A DNA stretch of 64,000 bases, taken from positions 148,229 to 212,228 of the forward strand of contig NIVC01002018.1 in NCBI GenBank assembly GCA_002269645.1. Reading direction: 5' to 3'. This DNA comes from Macrostomum lignano (lineage: Eukaryota). The notes under the pieces are model-generated. The model worked only from the letters and a program-made list of their open reading frames with translations. It had not been told where the DNA came from and ran no database searches. The translations under genes were made by a program, and so were the position numbers. Positions 14,015 through 34,725 of the stretch are shown here, piece by piece (position 1 is the first letter of the stretch; each line of letters opens with the position of its first letter).

Positions 14015-14775
14015 TATGAGATTTTGAACCTTTTAGATCTGTGTGGGTCTTTGGTATGAGATTTTGGATCTGTGTGGCTCTTTTGTGAGATTTTGTTTTT
14101 TGTGGATCTTTGTTGTAAGCTTTTGAACACTTGTGGATCTTTGGTGTGAGATTTTGAATCTGTGTGGCTCTTTGGTGTGAGATTTTGAATCTGTGTGGCT
14201 CTTTGGTGTGAGATTTTGAATCTGTATGGGTCTTTGGTGTGAGATTTTGAATCTTTGTGGCTCTTTTGTGTGAGATTTTGAATCTGTGTGGCTCTTTGGT
14301 GTGAGATTTTGAATCTGTGTGGCTCTTTTGTGTGAGATCTTGAATCTGTGTGGGTCCTTGGTGTGAGATTTTGAATCTATGTGGGTCTTTGGTGTGAGAT
14401 TTTGAATCTGTGTGGCTCTTTGGTGTGAGATTTTGAATCTGTGTGGCTCTTTGGTGTGAGATTTTGAATCTGTGTGGCTTTTTGGTGTGAGATTTTGAAT
14501 CTGTGTGGGTCTTTGGTGTGAGATTTTGAATCTTTGTGGCTCTTTTGTGTGAGATTTTGAATCTGTGTGGCTCTTTTGTGTGAGATTTTGAATCTGTGTG
14601 GGTCCTTGGTGTGAGATTTTGAATCTGTGTGGCTCTTTGGTGTGAGATTTTGAATCTGTGTGGCTCTTTGGTGTGAGATTTTGAATCTGTGTGGCTCTTT
14701 TGTGTGAGATCTTGAATCTGTGTGGGTCCTTGGTGTGACATTTTGAATCTATGTGGGTCTTTGGTGTGAGATTTT
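14015..14775. repeat. Minisatellite, 31-bp unit (GAGATTTTGAATCTGTGTGGCTCTTTGGTGT)
   Basis: Directly visible tandem array; accounts for ORFs 13986..14872. Confidence 0.95.
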
Positions 14776-15799
14776 GTCGAAAAAGTCTCAGTTTTAAGTC
14801 CTTGACAGACTGGAGATCAGGAATCAGGAATCCTGTCGTATTCCTGATGGCGTTGGAAAATTTATATTGCATGCAGCATTTTTACTACTTTTACGCTCTT
14901 TACCAGTAGTAAAACCGTAACAGTTAATCAAGGCTCAGAAATATAGCTTCTCTAAATCGATAGATATGTATATTTAATATCACGGTGGATTCAAGTATCA
15001 CCATATTTAAACAATTTTATGGTTTCGCAATATGAGCTAGAGCATGTGATCAATCCATTGATAGATACTCTTGGAAGTATTAAATTGTTTAATAAAATGT
15101 AATTTGTCTTGTACGTCAGGCTAAGATTATTTGTAATTATTATTTTGTTGTAATATTTAATTGTAATTTGCGCTGCGCTTTCGATTCGTCCAAAGTGATT
15201 TCAAATTCGTCAGCGTATGCAACACTACACCTTTTCACGTTCAATTTTGATCAAAGTCCAGTTCTAAAAAAACTAGCGGAAATTCAATTCAGACTGAGGA
15301 TAATTTTGTCTATGGCTAAACCTTACTTCGGTTAGAATGTTTTGAGCTGGGGTTAGACTGGGCCCCAGTCTAAATTGTCTGAATTGAATTTCCGCATTAA
15401 CTGCCCGCTAATTTGAATTAAAGTAAGTTTGACTCCTGCAAGCGGGCTTAAATGTAGTCTATGGCATTAAAAGGCAAGAATAAGTGCCCAGCGGGCACAA
15501 AGGTCATGGTACAATGTACTATTTTAAAGACATTGGATATTGTCATAATTTTTTAGGGCATATGCCTGCATTTTCAGGGCATCAATGTGGCAATTCTTGC
15601 CTCGAATTGTCTATGACATTTTTATTTCAGTAGACGGAACACAAACAAGCAACAGAACAAAACATGCGCATACAATGTGGTTTTAGAAGACAAGTTAGTC
15701 AACAGTTAGTCAGTTGAGTTGCCGTTAATGCGCCAAATTCATCATCAGACATTGGGTTTGCTAGTTGTTCAGGCCTTTAAAATCAAACGTACAATTTCG

Positions 15800-16250
15800 A
15801 AATGTGCCAGAAAAATTGACACTGGTTTAGACAGAATTAGAAGCGATGCAGTCCTGCTCGAATGCAGATCAGACAATTGCTGTAGCATAGTACAGATTGT
15901 CCTTTGTTCTCAGTCTCGATAGAAGAAGCGCAAATAATTAGCCAAAATAGACTTTGGAATTAGTAATAGATCAGTTGACAGCTTGTTATCTTCCAGAAAT
16001 CTCTTAAAAACGGTCTATATTGTCCTCCATCTGCCGAACAGAAGAATCGGGTATACCATCGCGTTCTAGCCCATTTAGGTCTTCAATCACGTCGTCTGGA
16101 ATGTCGAGAATCTCTTCTGATTCGATCTTGTCCGCGAATTCCTTGCTCAATTTCTCCAAATACCGGCTGTTTGACTCCGCTGAAATCCAGGCCAGCTGTT
16201 CGGTCGACATACGAGTACCAAATACAACTTCTCCAGGCAAATATGAATAA
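15800..16250 (-). pseudogene. Degenerate Crypton-like (tyrosine-recombinase core-binding region) remnant
   Basis: Reading across 2-3 frameshifts on the - strand gives IPDSSVRQMEDNIDRFKRFLEDN...ILANYLRFFY.RLRTKDNLYYATA..LICIRAGLHRF, like the region N-terminal to DUF3504 in Crypton/KCTD1/QRICH1-type proteins. Confidence 0.5.
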
Positions 16251-16417
16251 TTGATTAAGTGATTGATCATGCTTGAAGCGTGGTAAGAGCATGCTAACAA
16301 ATTAAAATTTATCCTGACATTCTTTTTCCTTTTACAGTGAAGCTAAGCCCATAAATACGAGGTGTATCCCAAAAGTAAGTTTCCCTCATATGTAACTCGG
16401 CACCCAAGAGGCTCAGC

Positions 16418-16807
16418 CATGGATGAATGAATAGAATGGATTGCTATTCTGGCTCTGGCTATTTTCGTTTTTGACTCTTTTGCATCCGGTTCCCCCCCGT
16501 GCCTTTTCATTGGTTGATGATTGCCATAGACGGTTTTCGGCCTTCGCCCCTTTCTTTCGATGCACAGGCGCAAAGAACTGAGAATGTCAGTTACTTGCAG
16601 AGAATATCGAGCGCTCGTAGGTCTTCCCCCTTTATTTCAAAACACGAGCGAAAGCGCTTGTGCATCGAAAGAAAGGGGCGAAGGCCGAAAATTGTCTATG
16701 GCAATCATCAACCAATGAAAAGGCACGGGGGGGAACCGGATGCAAAAGAGTCAAAAACGAAAATAGCCAGAGCCAGAATAGCAATCCATTCTATTCATTC
16801 ATCCATG
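16418..16807. mobile_element. Palindromic MITE with CATGG termini (P-element-like), inserted in the mariner 5' region
   Basis: ~150-bp near-perfect TIRs starting CATGGATGAATGAATAG; 8-bp TSD GGCTCAGC at 16410-16417 and 16808-16815. Confidence 0.85.
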
Positions 16808-16928
16808 GGCTCAGCTAAGTGCCACGTACGTTGTTGCTTTCTTTTTTGTCTATGTTCCAACTCTAAGCAAGTCCTAGCTGGTTCTCGAGCTGCATGGCTG
16901 CAACCCAAGCACACAACCCTTAGCAACG

Positions 16929-17995
16929 ATGGCCGCGTCCAGCTCGTTCTCTCGCTATGACGTTCGAAGCATCATCAAGTTTTCTGTGCTGTCTGGAAAA
17001 TCGACACCAGAGATTCATCAAGAACTCGTGAGAGTCCTAGGAGAAGCTGCACCATCCATTCAAACGGTCAGGAAGTGGGTGCGAGAAATTCAAGAAGGAT
17101 GGGACTGCATGGAGGACAAAGAGCGTTCTGGACGACCAAGGACTGCGACAACGGATTCCAATGCTGATCGCGTGATGGCTTCTGTGAGTGAAGACAACAG
17201 AAGGACATGCAGTGAGCTGGAGGAACTCCTCGGCATTCCCCACAGCACTGTGCACCGCATTCTGACCAAGAATTTAGGCCTACAAAAGCTTTTCGCCAAA
17301 TGGGTGCCACACCTGCTGACTGACGAGCAGATGGAGGAGCGGGTGATGGTGTCCCAGGACTGCCTCCGTCGGGTTCGTCGTGAAGGCGACGGATTTCTCA
17401 GTAGAATAGTGACTGGAGACGAGACGTGGGTCTACGAATGGGACCCAGAGCTGAAGCGGCAGTCAGCGCAGTGGCTTCCGATAGGATCGGCGAGTCCCGA
17501 GAAGGTGCGACGCAAACAAGGCTCATTGAAGGTGATGCACATCATTTTTTTGACATTGACGGGATCATTCTGGACTGGCCTGTGCCTGTGGGTACCAAAG
17601 TGAATGCTGAGTACTATCGATGGGTGCTTCAAGAGAAACTGCGACCAGCGATAAGGAAAAAGAGGCCGGGCCTTCTGGAGAGAGGCGTCATATTCCATCA
17701 CGACAACGCCCCCGTGCATCGGGCCAGACGGGTTGAAGAGCTGCTCGGCTAGTGGAACTGGGAAATTCTCCGCCACCCGCACTACTCGCCTGATTTGGCT
17801 CCGGCAGACTTCTATCTGTTCCCGAAGATGAAAGAGAGCCTTCGTGGCCAGCGTTTCGGATCTGAGGAGCAGGTGAACAACAGCGCTTCATCAGCTCTCC
17901 GACATATGGCGATCGCAGGCTGCAGGCCCGCCTTTGAAGCGTGGGTGCGTCGCTGGGAAAAGTGCGTTGAGCTTGGCGGCCGATTTGTGGAGTGA
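16929..17995 (+). pseudogene. Mariner transposase pseudogene
   Basis: HTH region, WVPHLLT, TGDETW, HDNAP, YSPDLAPADFYLFP; frameshift in a T-run near 17545 and in-frame TAG near 17750. Confidence 0.92.
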
Positions 17996-18797
17996 CAAAT
18001 ACTTTATGTTGTGGTTTGACAAAGTTTACGTTTTTTAAAACTAATTGCTCACTGTTGGCAGCTGACCAAAACTTACTTTTGGGATACACCTCAGCTCCCT
18101 ATATGTCTATGCCTATATTTGGGATACACTATGCCTATATGTCTATGGTACTAAATTGACAAACGAGGAGAAAGAATGGCCATAGACACTTAAACTTCTT
18201 GTATGTTACAACACAGAGCCCGGAATTTTCGACATTGACGCCCGGACTTTTCTCACATTATGAGTATAAACATTTATTTTTCCTGGGCTTACGCACCCTC
18301 AAAATTCTACATTGTTTCCTGCAAAAATAAACGTTAATGTTATATTCGACATGTAAAGCCACTGAATATTATAGACACTAAGTGTTCTAAAGACACTGAA
18401 TATTCTAAAAGGATGAACAAATTCTTCGCAAAATTTTTTTTAATAAGATTGAAGTACGAAGCATATGTAATTAAGATCCTAAATTTCAAGATCAAGGAGG
18501 TTTAATAAAATTGAAGAAATAATTTCATTCCAAATTTACATTAAACATTTGAATTTGTTTGACGTACATGTAGCTATTTCTTAAAAAGCAGTGGTTTGGG
18601 CTACTTACTGCAAAGCAGAAACAAATGGATGAGGTTGCAAGAAAATCTTAACGATTTTTGTGAAAGAGAAAGAGAGAGAGCAATATTTGGTGGGGTGATT
18701 GCAGCGGCCGGGGCGCCCCCGTGTAATAAAAAATTGATAACTTTTTTGTCTCGCCAATTCTTTTTGCTTGGATTTTCCAGCATAGCGTCCTTTCACT

Positions 18798-26568
<7,771 letters not shown>

Positions 26569-27058
26569 TATAACCAAAAGGTTATTTCAGAGTTGAAGCT
26601 TGAGCACAGTGTCACAGCTTTATTTACTCGAGCTGTTTTTGTGGTATTTTTATGGTATTACCAATCGAGCTGTTGTGACGTAAAGGCAAAATTTACCACT
26701 CGAAACCGTCTCAGCACATGCTGCTGTGTATATGCACAACTTTGCCTAGCAGTGTTTGCCTATTTCTACCAAGTGCTGCTCCGATTTTTTATTCATCTGA
26801 GCTGATAACGCGAGCTGTCTGGAAAAAAGCAAGCAAAGGATTTTTCTCTCGCCGCTGATAAAACAGCATTTGTTATCGGCTGCACTAAGAAACAGACGCC
26901 CTAGCTAGCCGAGCAATTTACATGCTGTTGGCATACATGTAACATGAGCTTTAACTGTTCGTCTAAATCGTCGGGTATCGTAGCTTTTCAAGTAACTTAC
27001 TGCAACTTTTCTGCCCCCTCCCCAGCAAGGGAGATTAGTACAAATCAGAATGTGTGCA

Positions 27059-29400
27059 CTTGACTTACTTGACTTAGCTGCAGGGGGCTCCGTGCATCCG
27101 GATTCAGCGAGGAGGCGTTGCTGCCCATTCCGTTAACCCCTGGCAACCACGGGCAGCTGGTGCTGCGGTGTCGTGAAGAGAGATCCGGTGGTGCCGGTGT
27201 CCGTAGCGCGGTCCCCCTCTGGAGATTCCAGGAGGTGGAGTGGATGGTCGCTCGCCCGGTAGCCCGGTAGATGAGCTGGTAACTTAGATTCTCGGGCCTG
27301 AAAATGTCGGAGAGGTCCGGGTTTGGGCCGAGGTAGGTGAGCCTGTCCTGAGTAAAAACGGGGCATTCACAGATGAAGTGCTTCGCATTCTCGACACCGG
27401 AGAGGCAGAATGGGCATTCCTCGCTACGGATATTTCCCTTTTCGCTACGGACTATGGCCTCTTGCCAGGCTTTTGGCACGTACCCGAGGGTAATGCTGGC
27501 CTTAAAGAGGTTGCAAAGGAGGCTGAGAAACCCATAATTTTTAACTGCATCATGGAGGAAGGCAAGATAAATGTTTTCAGGCCCCGGTGACTTGAAGGGG
27601 AGAGAAGGATTTTGCGGCGCGAGCCATTCTCTCTCTGGTAATGATAGTCGAAGCCAGGATCAGTCCAGTTGTCCAGTGGGCCTAGCTGCGGTGCGGTACG
27701 TGGGAAAGAGCTGGTAAGCATGATGTCCAGCGATTCCCCGGGGTTCTCAGCGAGTCGGCCATCCGGTCTTTTAATGACTGAGAGCTTTGAAATTTTGTTG
27801 AGGGTGAGAGCCTTGACCACGCGTGAAGTAGGGCGGGTGCCTTCTAACTCCGCGCAGTATTGGCGCCACTTGGCGTCGGACTTGGCTTTCCTGGTTTCAC
27901 GCTTAAAGTCGTGAATCGCATCGTGGTAAGCGGCCAGGTCAGCTGGTCCTTGCTCTTGCGAGCTTTCCGTTGGGGGCACTTCGCATTGCGCCGGAGGGAT
28001 CCAAGCGCCGGTTTCCACCAAGGGGCAAATTTATTGCCTTCGTAGGCAATTTTTCCGCGAAAGCTGTCCAGTCAGTGCTCCGGACGTTCTTTTTCCACAG
28101 GATGCTAGGCTTGGGACAAGAGGATTGCAACCGAAAACGAAGCGATGGTCAGACAGAGACTCCTCTTCGTCCCACACCCCCGGTCCTTGACCAGACGAGC
28201 CAAACCATGGGAGACGAGGGTTACGTCGAGGGCCTCCGTCCATCGCCCGTTGTCGAAGGTGGGGGTTCCACCAATATTCCAAAACTCAGTGTTGGTGGTG
28301 CAGATGTAAGCAAGGAGTTCCTTACCTCTGCTGTTGGAGATATTACTGCCCCGGTGGGTGTGGTGGGCGTTGACGACGCCCGCCACCAGCAGCTCAAACC
28401 TACGTTTAGAGCAGTAGTCCACGAGGGAGGTGAGGTTGGGGGGAACCGCGGGGCCATCGCCAGAGATATAAATCGAGGCGATGATGGCCGTGCGGTTGGT
28501 GATTATGTGGCTGGAATCACACAGAGGTCTCTGTCAGAGAGGTCCGGTCTGTGCCAGGCTTTGAGATGGGTAGACACGAATATGGCTACTCTGAGGTTTT
28601 GGGGGTCCTGCAGACAATCAAAACCAGCAAGAATATTCGGAATCTTACCTTTTTTCGTCGAGGGCTCTTGAAGCAGGATGATGCCCGGTTTCACAAAGTT
28701 TGCCACCTGCATCAGGATGTCCACTCCGGGGATTCCATGAATGGTCCGCGCAGCTTCCTGCCGGCTCAGTGTGAGTTGCGCAAAAGGGCTGTCTCTTCTG
28801 CCTCGCCGATGGCTTCAGCCTCCAGTTCCATGGGCTCCTCCCGGATGGTCTCTATAGTCGAGGGCGGGGCCCACCAGGGCGACATTCTCACTCTCGGCCC
28901 GGTTTTCCGAGGGGGGGGGGGGGCGCAGTGGTGACACTAGGCTGGGGGTTGCTGCGGTTATTGGCCTTGGCGGTGTCCAGCAGCTGCTTCTCGCGCTGAG
29001 TCAGACCAGAGCGGATAGTGTTCAGACAAAGATTTCTCTATAACTAGAACCTTTTTCTAGAACTTTAGTTCTAGTTATAGAGCAATCCTTGGTTCAGAGC
29101 GGGTTTCCGGCCCTTTTCACGTCCGCCTGTTGCTGCAGCTTTCGCGGCTTTTCCCCTGACGGGGTTCACGTCCTCGGAGGGGTGTGACGAACGGGAGCTT
29201 TTTTTCCAGGTCGTTTCCGCCCTGCATAGCTCCCACTCGCCCACTTACGCTTCTCCGGGGGCGCAAGCTGAAGGTTTGAATCTGCATCAGCCCGACAGAG
29301 ATTAAGGACATGTCCGGATAGAGGAGCATCCAGCCATCCAACAGTGTGCGCAGAAGGCCTGACAGAGTATGTGTAGAGAGCAGACAGAGTGACCACTCCC
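27059..29400 (-). mobile_element. Internally deleted non-LTR retrotransposon related to the 42752-48643 element
   Basis: Frameshifted APE domain (IILLQEP, GGTPTF), RT start (...VPKAWQEA) joined directly to the C-terminal CPFC...HFICEC; same 3' tail CTGCAGCTAAGTCAAGTAAGTCAAG. 5' limit approximate; no TSD found. Confidence 0.85.
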
Positions 29401-30305
29401 TAAGTTATCAAATTTTCTGAACAGGAAACGACTTTAGCCTCAATATCGCATGCGTGCAAGACCATTAGCACGCAGAATTTTTATGCAAACAACTTCATGA
29501 TTCGTTAATGAACTCAACTCAGGAAGCTAACTCCCAATAATAATGTAGAATGTTTTAATGAGTTTGGCCACTGTACGGTACACCCTGCATGAGCGTGTGC
29601 ATGAGTACAGTATTCGCGCACTTGTATATGTGCTGAGGAGTCAGTCGAATAGGCAGAAGAATTGCCTCAGCGCTGGTTGTGGGGATATATACATCCCCAG
29701 GGTGTCGAGGGTCAGGGTGTCCGCAGCCCTATCCTGAGAATATTTATTCGTTTCCAGTAAGACTGCTTGCTGCTTGTTTCTGTTTAGGTCATCTTGATAA
29801 ATCCTTGGAAGTAATGTGGGAGGTCATTCATCTTTTGGCTGGAAGCGATCGAATTGTGACCTTCTGTTTTATTTTTAAACGACTTTCTGCAACCCTTTGA
29901 GTCACGGAGTAAAACCTAGCTAGTCCTGGCAAACGCATGCTACGCTCGTAGAATGAGGTGATGGTCGCATAGGTTTGTTTGCATAAATGTAGGCTCTCTG
30001 TGCGCATTGTACATGTACGTCGAATGCTAAAGAGACTCGACCGAGTACGTTTTTGTTCAACTTTTTTTCTGCTACGGTGCTCACCTTTTTTCTGGGCTCT
30101 TAATTGCCAGGCTGTACGTACTTTGAGAGCGCGGTGGAAACAATAATGCTGCTACATCGTATAGTCGGGTTTACTGGCGTCTGGGAATGTCCTGCCAAGC
30201 TTCAGAGCAATTTTGTCAAGCCGTTCATGTGCCCAAAAAAGTATAAAGTTTTTTCAAGCTTCCACCTGCTACTGCCTATACAACTCCAACTAACAAAACG
30301 CAGAT

Positions 30306-31460
30306 ATGTGCAAAATTACGTGGGCTCAGCTCTTGCTAATTATACTGATTTTTCAATGTCTTACACTCTGTTTTATTACCCTTCGATCGTGGCGTCCAAG
30401 CTCAGATGGCAAGGTGCAACATCACCATACGACTGCGAGTGCAGAAGTTACAGCAGAATCTCCGTACAGTGACGACTTCTCCGCCTCATTATCGCGCGTG
30501 CTGCAGCAACAGCGATCAAACAGCTGCTTGTACACGTTCAACTCCAGTCTGCAGTTGCCGTTGCTGCGACTTGACTCCCCGGCCGAACTGGATCAGAAGA
30601 ATCGAGTCCAGGCCGCAGCAGCCTGGCTGTGCTCGTCTGTTGACGTCGTGTTCGCCGCCTCGGTGCGCAACGCCATGCGTGGCCTGCCCAGCACGGCCCA
30701 GCAGATGCAGCGCCTGGCCCAGAGCTTTCGCAGCGCCGCATTTGTCTTCGTAGAGAACGACAGTTCGGACGGGACGCGACACTTCCTAGCCAACTGGCGC
30801 CGGAACGACTCCCGCGTGCACCTGCTGGGCTGCGGTGGCACGGACGCCCCGTGCCGCATGAACATCAGTTACTCCTCCGGCCGCGCGCACCACCAGGGCT
30901 GGTCGATGCGGCGCAGTGAAGCGGAGAAAATCGAACGAAGCGTCGTGATGTCCGCCCTGAGGAACATCTACCTGCGATACATTTACCGGCATTTCTACCA
31001 GCCTGATCGAGAGACGCTGCTGATCGTTGTTGATGCAGATATAACCTTCCATGCCTGGGATCTGGACGCTATCCTGCAGGGCTTACACTACTTTCGTGAC
31101 AGACCAACGCTACAGTCCGTGTGCGCCCACACTAGGCACTATATCTACGGCTACGACATGTGTACTCTGGCGTTTCACCCCGACAAGGTCTTCTCCGAGG
31201 CCCCCAAGGAGTCGCCTGTGATTAAGAGCTTCCGCACCAAGTCACCACCGCCTGGCCTCCCTCCCGTGAAGGTATTCGGCTGCTTCCAGGCCGTCACCGC
31301 GTACCGGCTTAGCCACCTTGCCAAGAACCGGATCGAGTACGGACCAGCCCATGGAGAGAGCACCTGCGAGCACCTGACACTGTCGAAGCAGCTGACTGAG
31401 AACTACCTAGATTTGAACATGAAGCTTTCTGTCTTCAAGCAGAACGAAGGCAACTACTAG
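30306..31460 (+). CDS. Intronless type II membrane glycosyltransferase-like protein (GT-A fold), 384 aa
   Basis: N-terminal TM anchor, Ser/Thr stem, VVFAASVRN, FVFVENDSSDGT, SALRN, LIVVDAD (DxD), VFGCFQAVTAY, CEH. Confidence 0.75.
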   Translation: MCKITWAQLLLIILIFQCLTLCFITLRSWRPSSDGKVQHHHTTASAEVTAESPYSDDFSASLSRVLQQQRSNSCLYTFNSSLQLPLLRLDSPAELDQKNRVQAAAAWLCSSVDVVFAASVRNAMRGLPSTAQQMQRLAQSFRSAAFVFVENDSSDGTRHFLANWRRNDSRVHLLGCGGTDAPCRMNISYSSGRAHHQGWSMRRSEAEKIERSVVMSALRNIYLRYIYRHFYQPDRETLLIVVDADITFHAWDLDAILQGLHYFRDRPTLQSVCAHTRHYIYGYDMCTLAFHPDKVFSEAPKESPVIKSFRTKSPPPGLPPVKVFGCFQAVTAYRLSHLAKNRIEYGPAHGESTCEHLTLSKQLTENYLDLNMKLSVFKQNEGNY

Positions 31461-34400
31461 CAGTTGTAATAGTATATGTAGTACAACGAAGACACGAACT
31501 ATTAAATAACAATAAAAAAAAAATTTTAATAATCTGCATTGCATGATTTTCTACGAGTAGCTACGATTTTCGTACGCTCCTTTTATACAATACTTTTATG
31601 CAGACGCATGCATATGCAGTGACTTGATTTTTGGTACATGTGTGTACTTCTAACACTTAAAACTGATTACAATCACACTGATTAAGACAAATAAAGTATT
31701 TCAGGCACCGTGGGATCTTTGCAATTGAGATCTGAAATTGATGCAAAAAAATGCGTGAGCTATACTACGTGTATCTATAGGAGGACTCAAGGGGATCAGC
31801 TACATACGACCTTTCAAAGGGGAAACAGAGGTCTTATTCACTGGAAAAACCACCTGCGGCGCTAAGCTACAATTAAAAATTCGCCTGCAGCGTCAAACTA
31901 TTACGGTCTGTGGGATAAGATGGGTTTCGGCCTTTTCGGCTTCTTGGAGAGGATGCCTTCGGGCCTCAGGTCTCAGAAATAAATCAATTAGAGTCCTGGC
32001 CCCCACTCCTGTCAGATGGTCAGCCCCATGGTAGCTTGATCTGTGGCGAGCAGTCAGAAGGACAGCGAGAGAGACAAGCAGGGAAATTTTTGAAGGTAGA
32101 GATCAGCTAATCCGCAGATTAACTAACCCGCTGCCACCAGCCCGTGCGTTCTGGCTCACCAAACCGGGACTTTCGAAATCGGGCTTCCGACTAGAGGGGG
32201 CTTTGCACTTACCTGCCAACTAGTGTCTTTTTGCTGTCTATCTCGAAGTCATAGCCGATGATAAGGGACACTGCTGGGACTTATCGCATTGGCTATACAG
32301 GTACAGAGGGGACTTGTGCAGGGGATTCTTGCAGTGGCGAGACTATGGGGTAGCTACATGTACTATTACATTGCTAAATACGAAGAATTGTACTTTTGGC
32401 CTTCAAAGCGCCAACCAGCCTCTCGTAGCGCTGATGATAGACTAACTCGAACTTCGGAGACCGCATGACTCACTACCCGAGCCGCTTGGCTAACCTAGAG
32501 TGCACAGAGTACATCTCTAGCGCCGATTTTGCACTCTTGGCAATTTTGCTAACTGATTTGATAGTTGATCGATTGAGAACTGCCTTGCCATTGGTCCACT
32601 GTGACCGGTGCCTATACTAGCTTAGCTACTCATCTGAGCCATCGGCGAACAAAGAAATAAAACCGATAAAAATAACTGTCAGATAACCTTCTCACTTCTC
32701 ACTTCAGATTGAATTGGATTAATGAGATTACTAGCAGTATTATTGAATGATTTCTGCCTCAATAACAGCACTACTGAACAAAATGAGCAAAAGTGTGCGC
32801 CTAATCCAGCTACTGAAATAGTGGACAGATAAGGAATCACCCAATCAAGCAAGTCTAGGTAGCCTCTCACTCAACCAATCAGAAACTCAACAGCCGGAGA
32901 CCAGGTAATCCACAGTGACCGAATCGGCTTAGTGCTTCGCAGCTGGAGGCCCAGGATGTTGGTGTCACCGTCTTTGCTGATAGCTAGCAGGTGATGATCC
33001 TAACCTCGATGATTGATGCCGTCGACCGGGGGGATTTGTCCTTGATGATGAGGGGGTTGTCGCAATCCGGGGAACAAGAGACGACGGTCGTGACTCCGGA
33101 ATAGGCCGAGTCACGGGAGTCCAAAGTACAATAGGTTCCGAGGCGCCAAAAGGAGTGAGTCCGAGCGGGCCAAAAACATCGGTTTATACGAGCCGTATAG
33201 ACGCCAACTGGACCGCAATTAGTTATAATGTAACACTTCGACGCTGATTGGCGGAGCCGATTTGCTATAACTGACGTCGAATTTTCTGATTGGCTGAGCT
33301 TGTTGCCACCCAAACTCACGTGACCAAAAGATCCTATCAGTTCCCTCGGGGCCATAAAAATACGCCAGGTACGTGTCACCATAAATCACTCAAAATCGCT
33401 ACATAATGATTTACGACTTTTCGCGTAGGAATTACAGAAATAAATGAGAAAATGTGCATTAGAAAGATCTTATTAAGCAGAAGGTGAAGATGGTGAAGAG
33501 AAATCGCTAATCGCTAATCCCAAAGTACTTTTAGGGGGAAAACGCATAGCTGTCAGAGCTGTCAAACGCTTGAGTAAACACGAACAATAGGCCCTGACCT
33601 CATAAATCTGATGGCCTGTCAAAATAAATGATTGAGAAAAAAGAATTTGAGAAAAAATCCTCTCAGACCATCTGGCGCCAGCCTCAACACTGAGTGAGGC
33701 GCAGGTGTCTGTCAGACAAGCTCACAAGTAATGATTTATGACACCAAAAGTAGCGAAAACCGCCCCTATGTTATAATGACCACAGGTATGGCAAAATGAA
33801 ATAGTAGGCCTAGTTACAAAATCCTACTAGTACGAATTCTAAGAAAATTACATAAAAAGAAGAAAAATGCCCATAGCCTGCTGTTAGCAGGCTACCAAGT
33901 TCGGAACCCATGTGCGAGCGTGAAATTTGGAAAAAAGTGCGTCCTCATCATGTAGCTCGGAACGAAAAAACCTCTAAAATTGACAAATACCCCCTCTTTG
34001 TCTTTGCTTAATGTAAGGAATTTAACAACACCGAAATTATCGTCTATAAAAAAGCGTGACTTTACAAGAGCGTAACGCCACAACGCCGAATATGATAGCA
34101 TCGACTATATGAAGTGAAAATTCACTCTTGTAGTAAATATAGCAATTAATGAGTAATCCCTTCAGTTGTCAATTTCTTTGTCCTTCAAAAAATATAATAA
34201 GTCAAAAAAATGCTTTGAGTTAAAGTAGAATTTTGTATTTTGCTGTCTAAGCTTTTCTACATGTACGTAGTGTTACTCCTTGAATTTTTTGTTAAGCTTC
34301 GTAGTTTGTACGGAAGTTCCAAGAAAAAAAGCTGGGTGACGGCCATGAGTCGACTAAGTTCGTCTTTTGCAAAGCGCAATTTGTAGACCGTACGTAGGCC

Positions 34401-34725
34401 TAGTTTTAGGGAGTCTTAGGCCTGATTAGTAATTGTAACAGTATATTTTATTTAACAGTGGTTTTTTGTTCAAATAGTATTCGAAATAAACTATTAATCG
34501 ACCAGTTCGAAATTTTGAACAGCAATCGAAAAAAGGACTCGCTCGGACAGTATTTCTTTGGTTTGGTAGGCCTAGGCTTAGGCCTAGTAATGATATGCTT
34601 AGGCCTAGTAATAGGCCTATATTAATAATAATAACTGACTAGCTGGCGTATCCACAATGCTGACACATGTCAAGTGAAGTAGCTGGGGGCCAGGGCAGGG
34701 CCAATCACCATATTCAATTTTGTCA

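Larger units (their letters stand above)
16358..18092 (+). mobile_element. Mariner (D,D34D) transposon, decayed
   Basis: TIR CGAGGTGTATCCCAAAAGTAAGTTT after TA at 16356-57; matching AAACTTACTTTTGGGATACACCTC ending 18092 (last base and right TA missing). Confidence 0.9.

Noticed and set aside
13986-14872. 251-aa and 279-aa ORFs
   Set aside because: Translations of the 31-bp minisatellite.
16343-16960. Two ORFs sharing an identical peptide
   Set aside because: Artefact of the palindromic MITE arms.
31760-33400. GC-balanced non-coding block resembling an LTR or retroelement UTR
   Set aside because: No TG..CA pair with a TSD and no recognisable protein; left unassigned.
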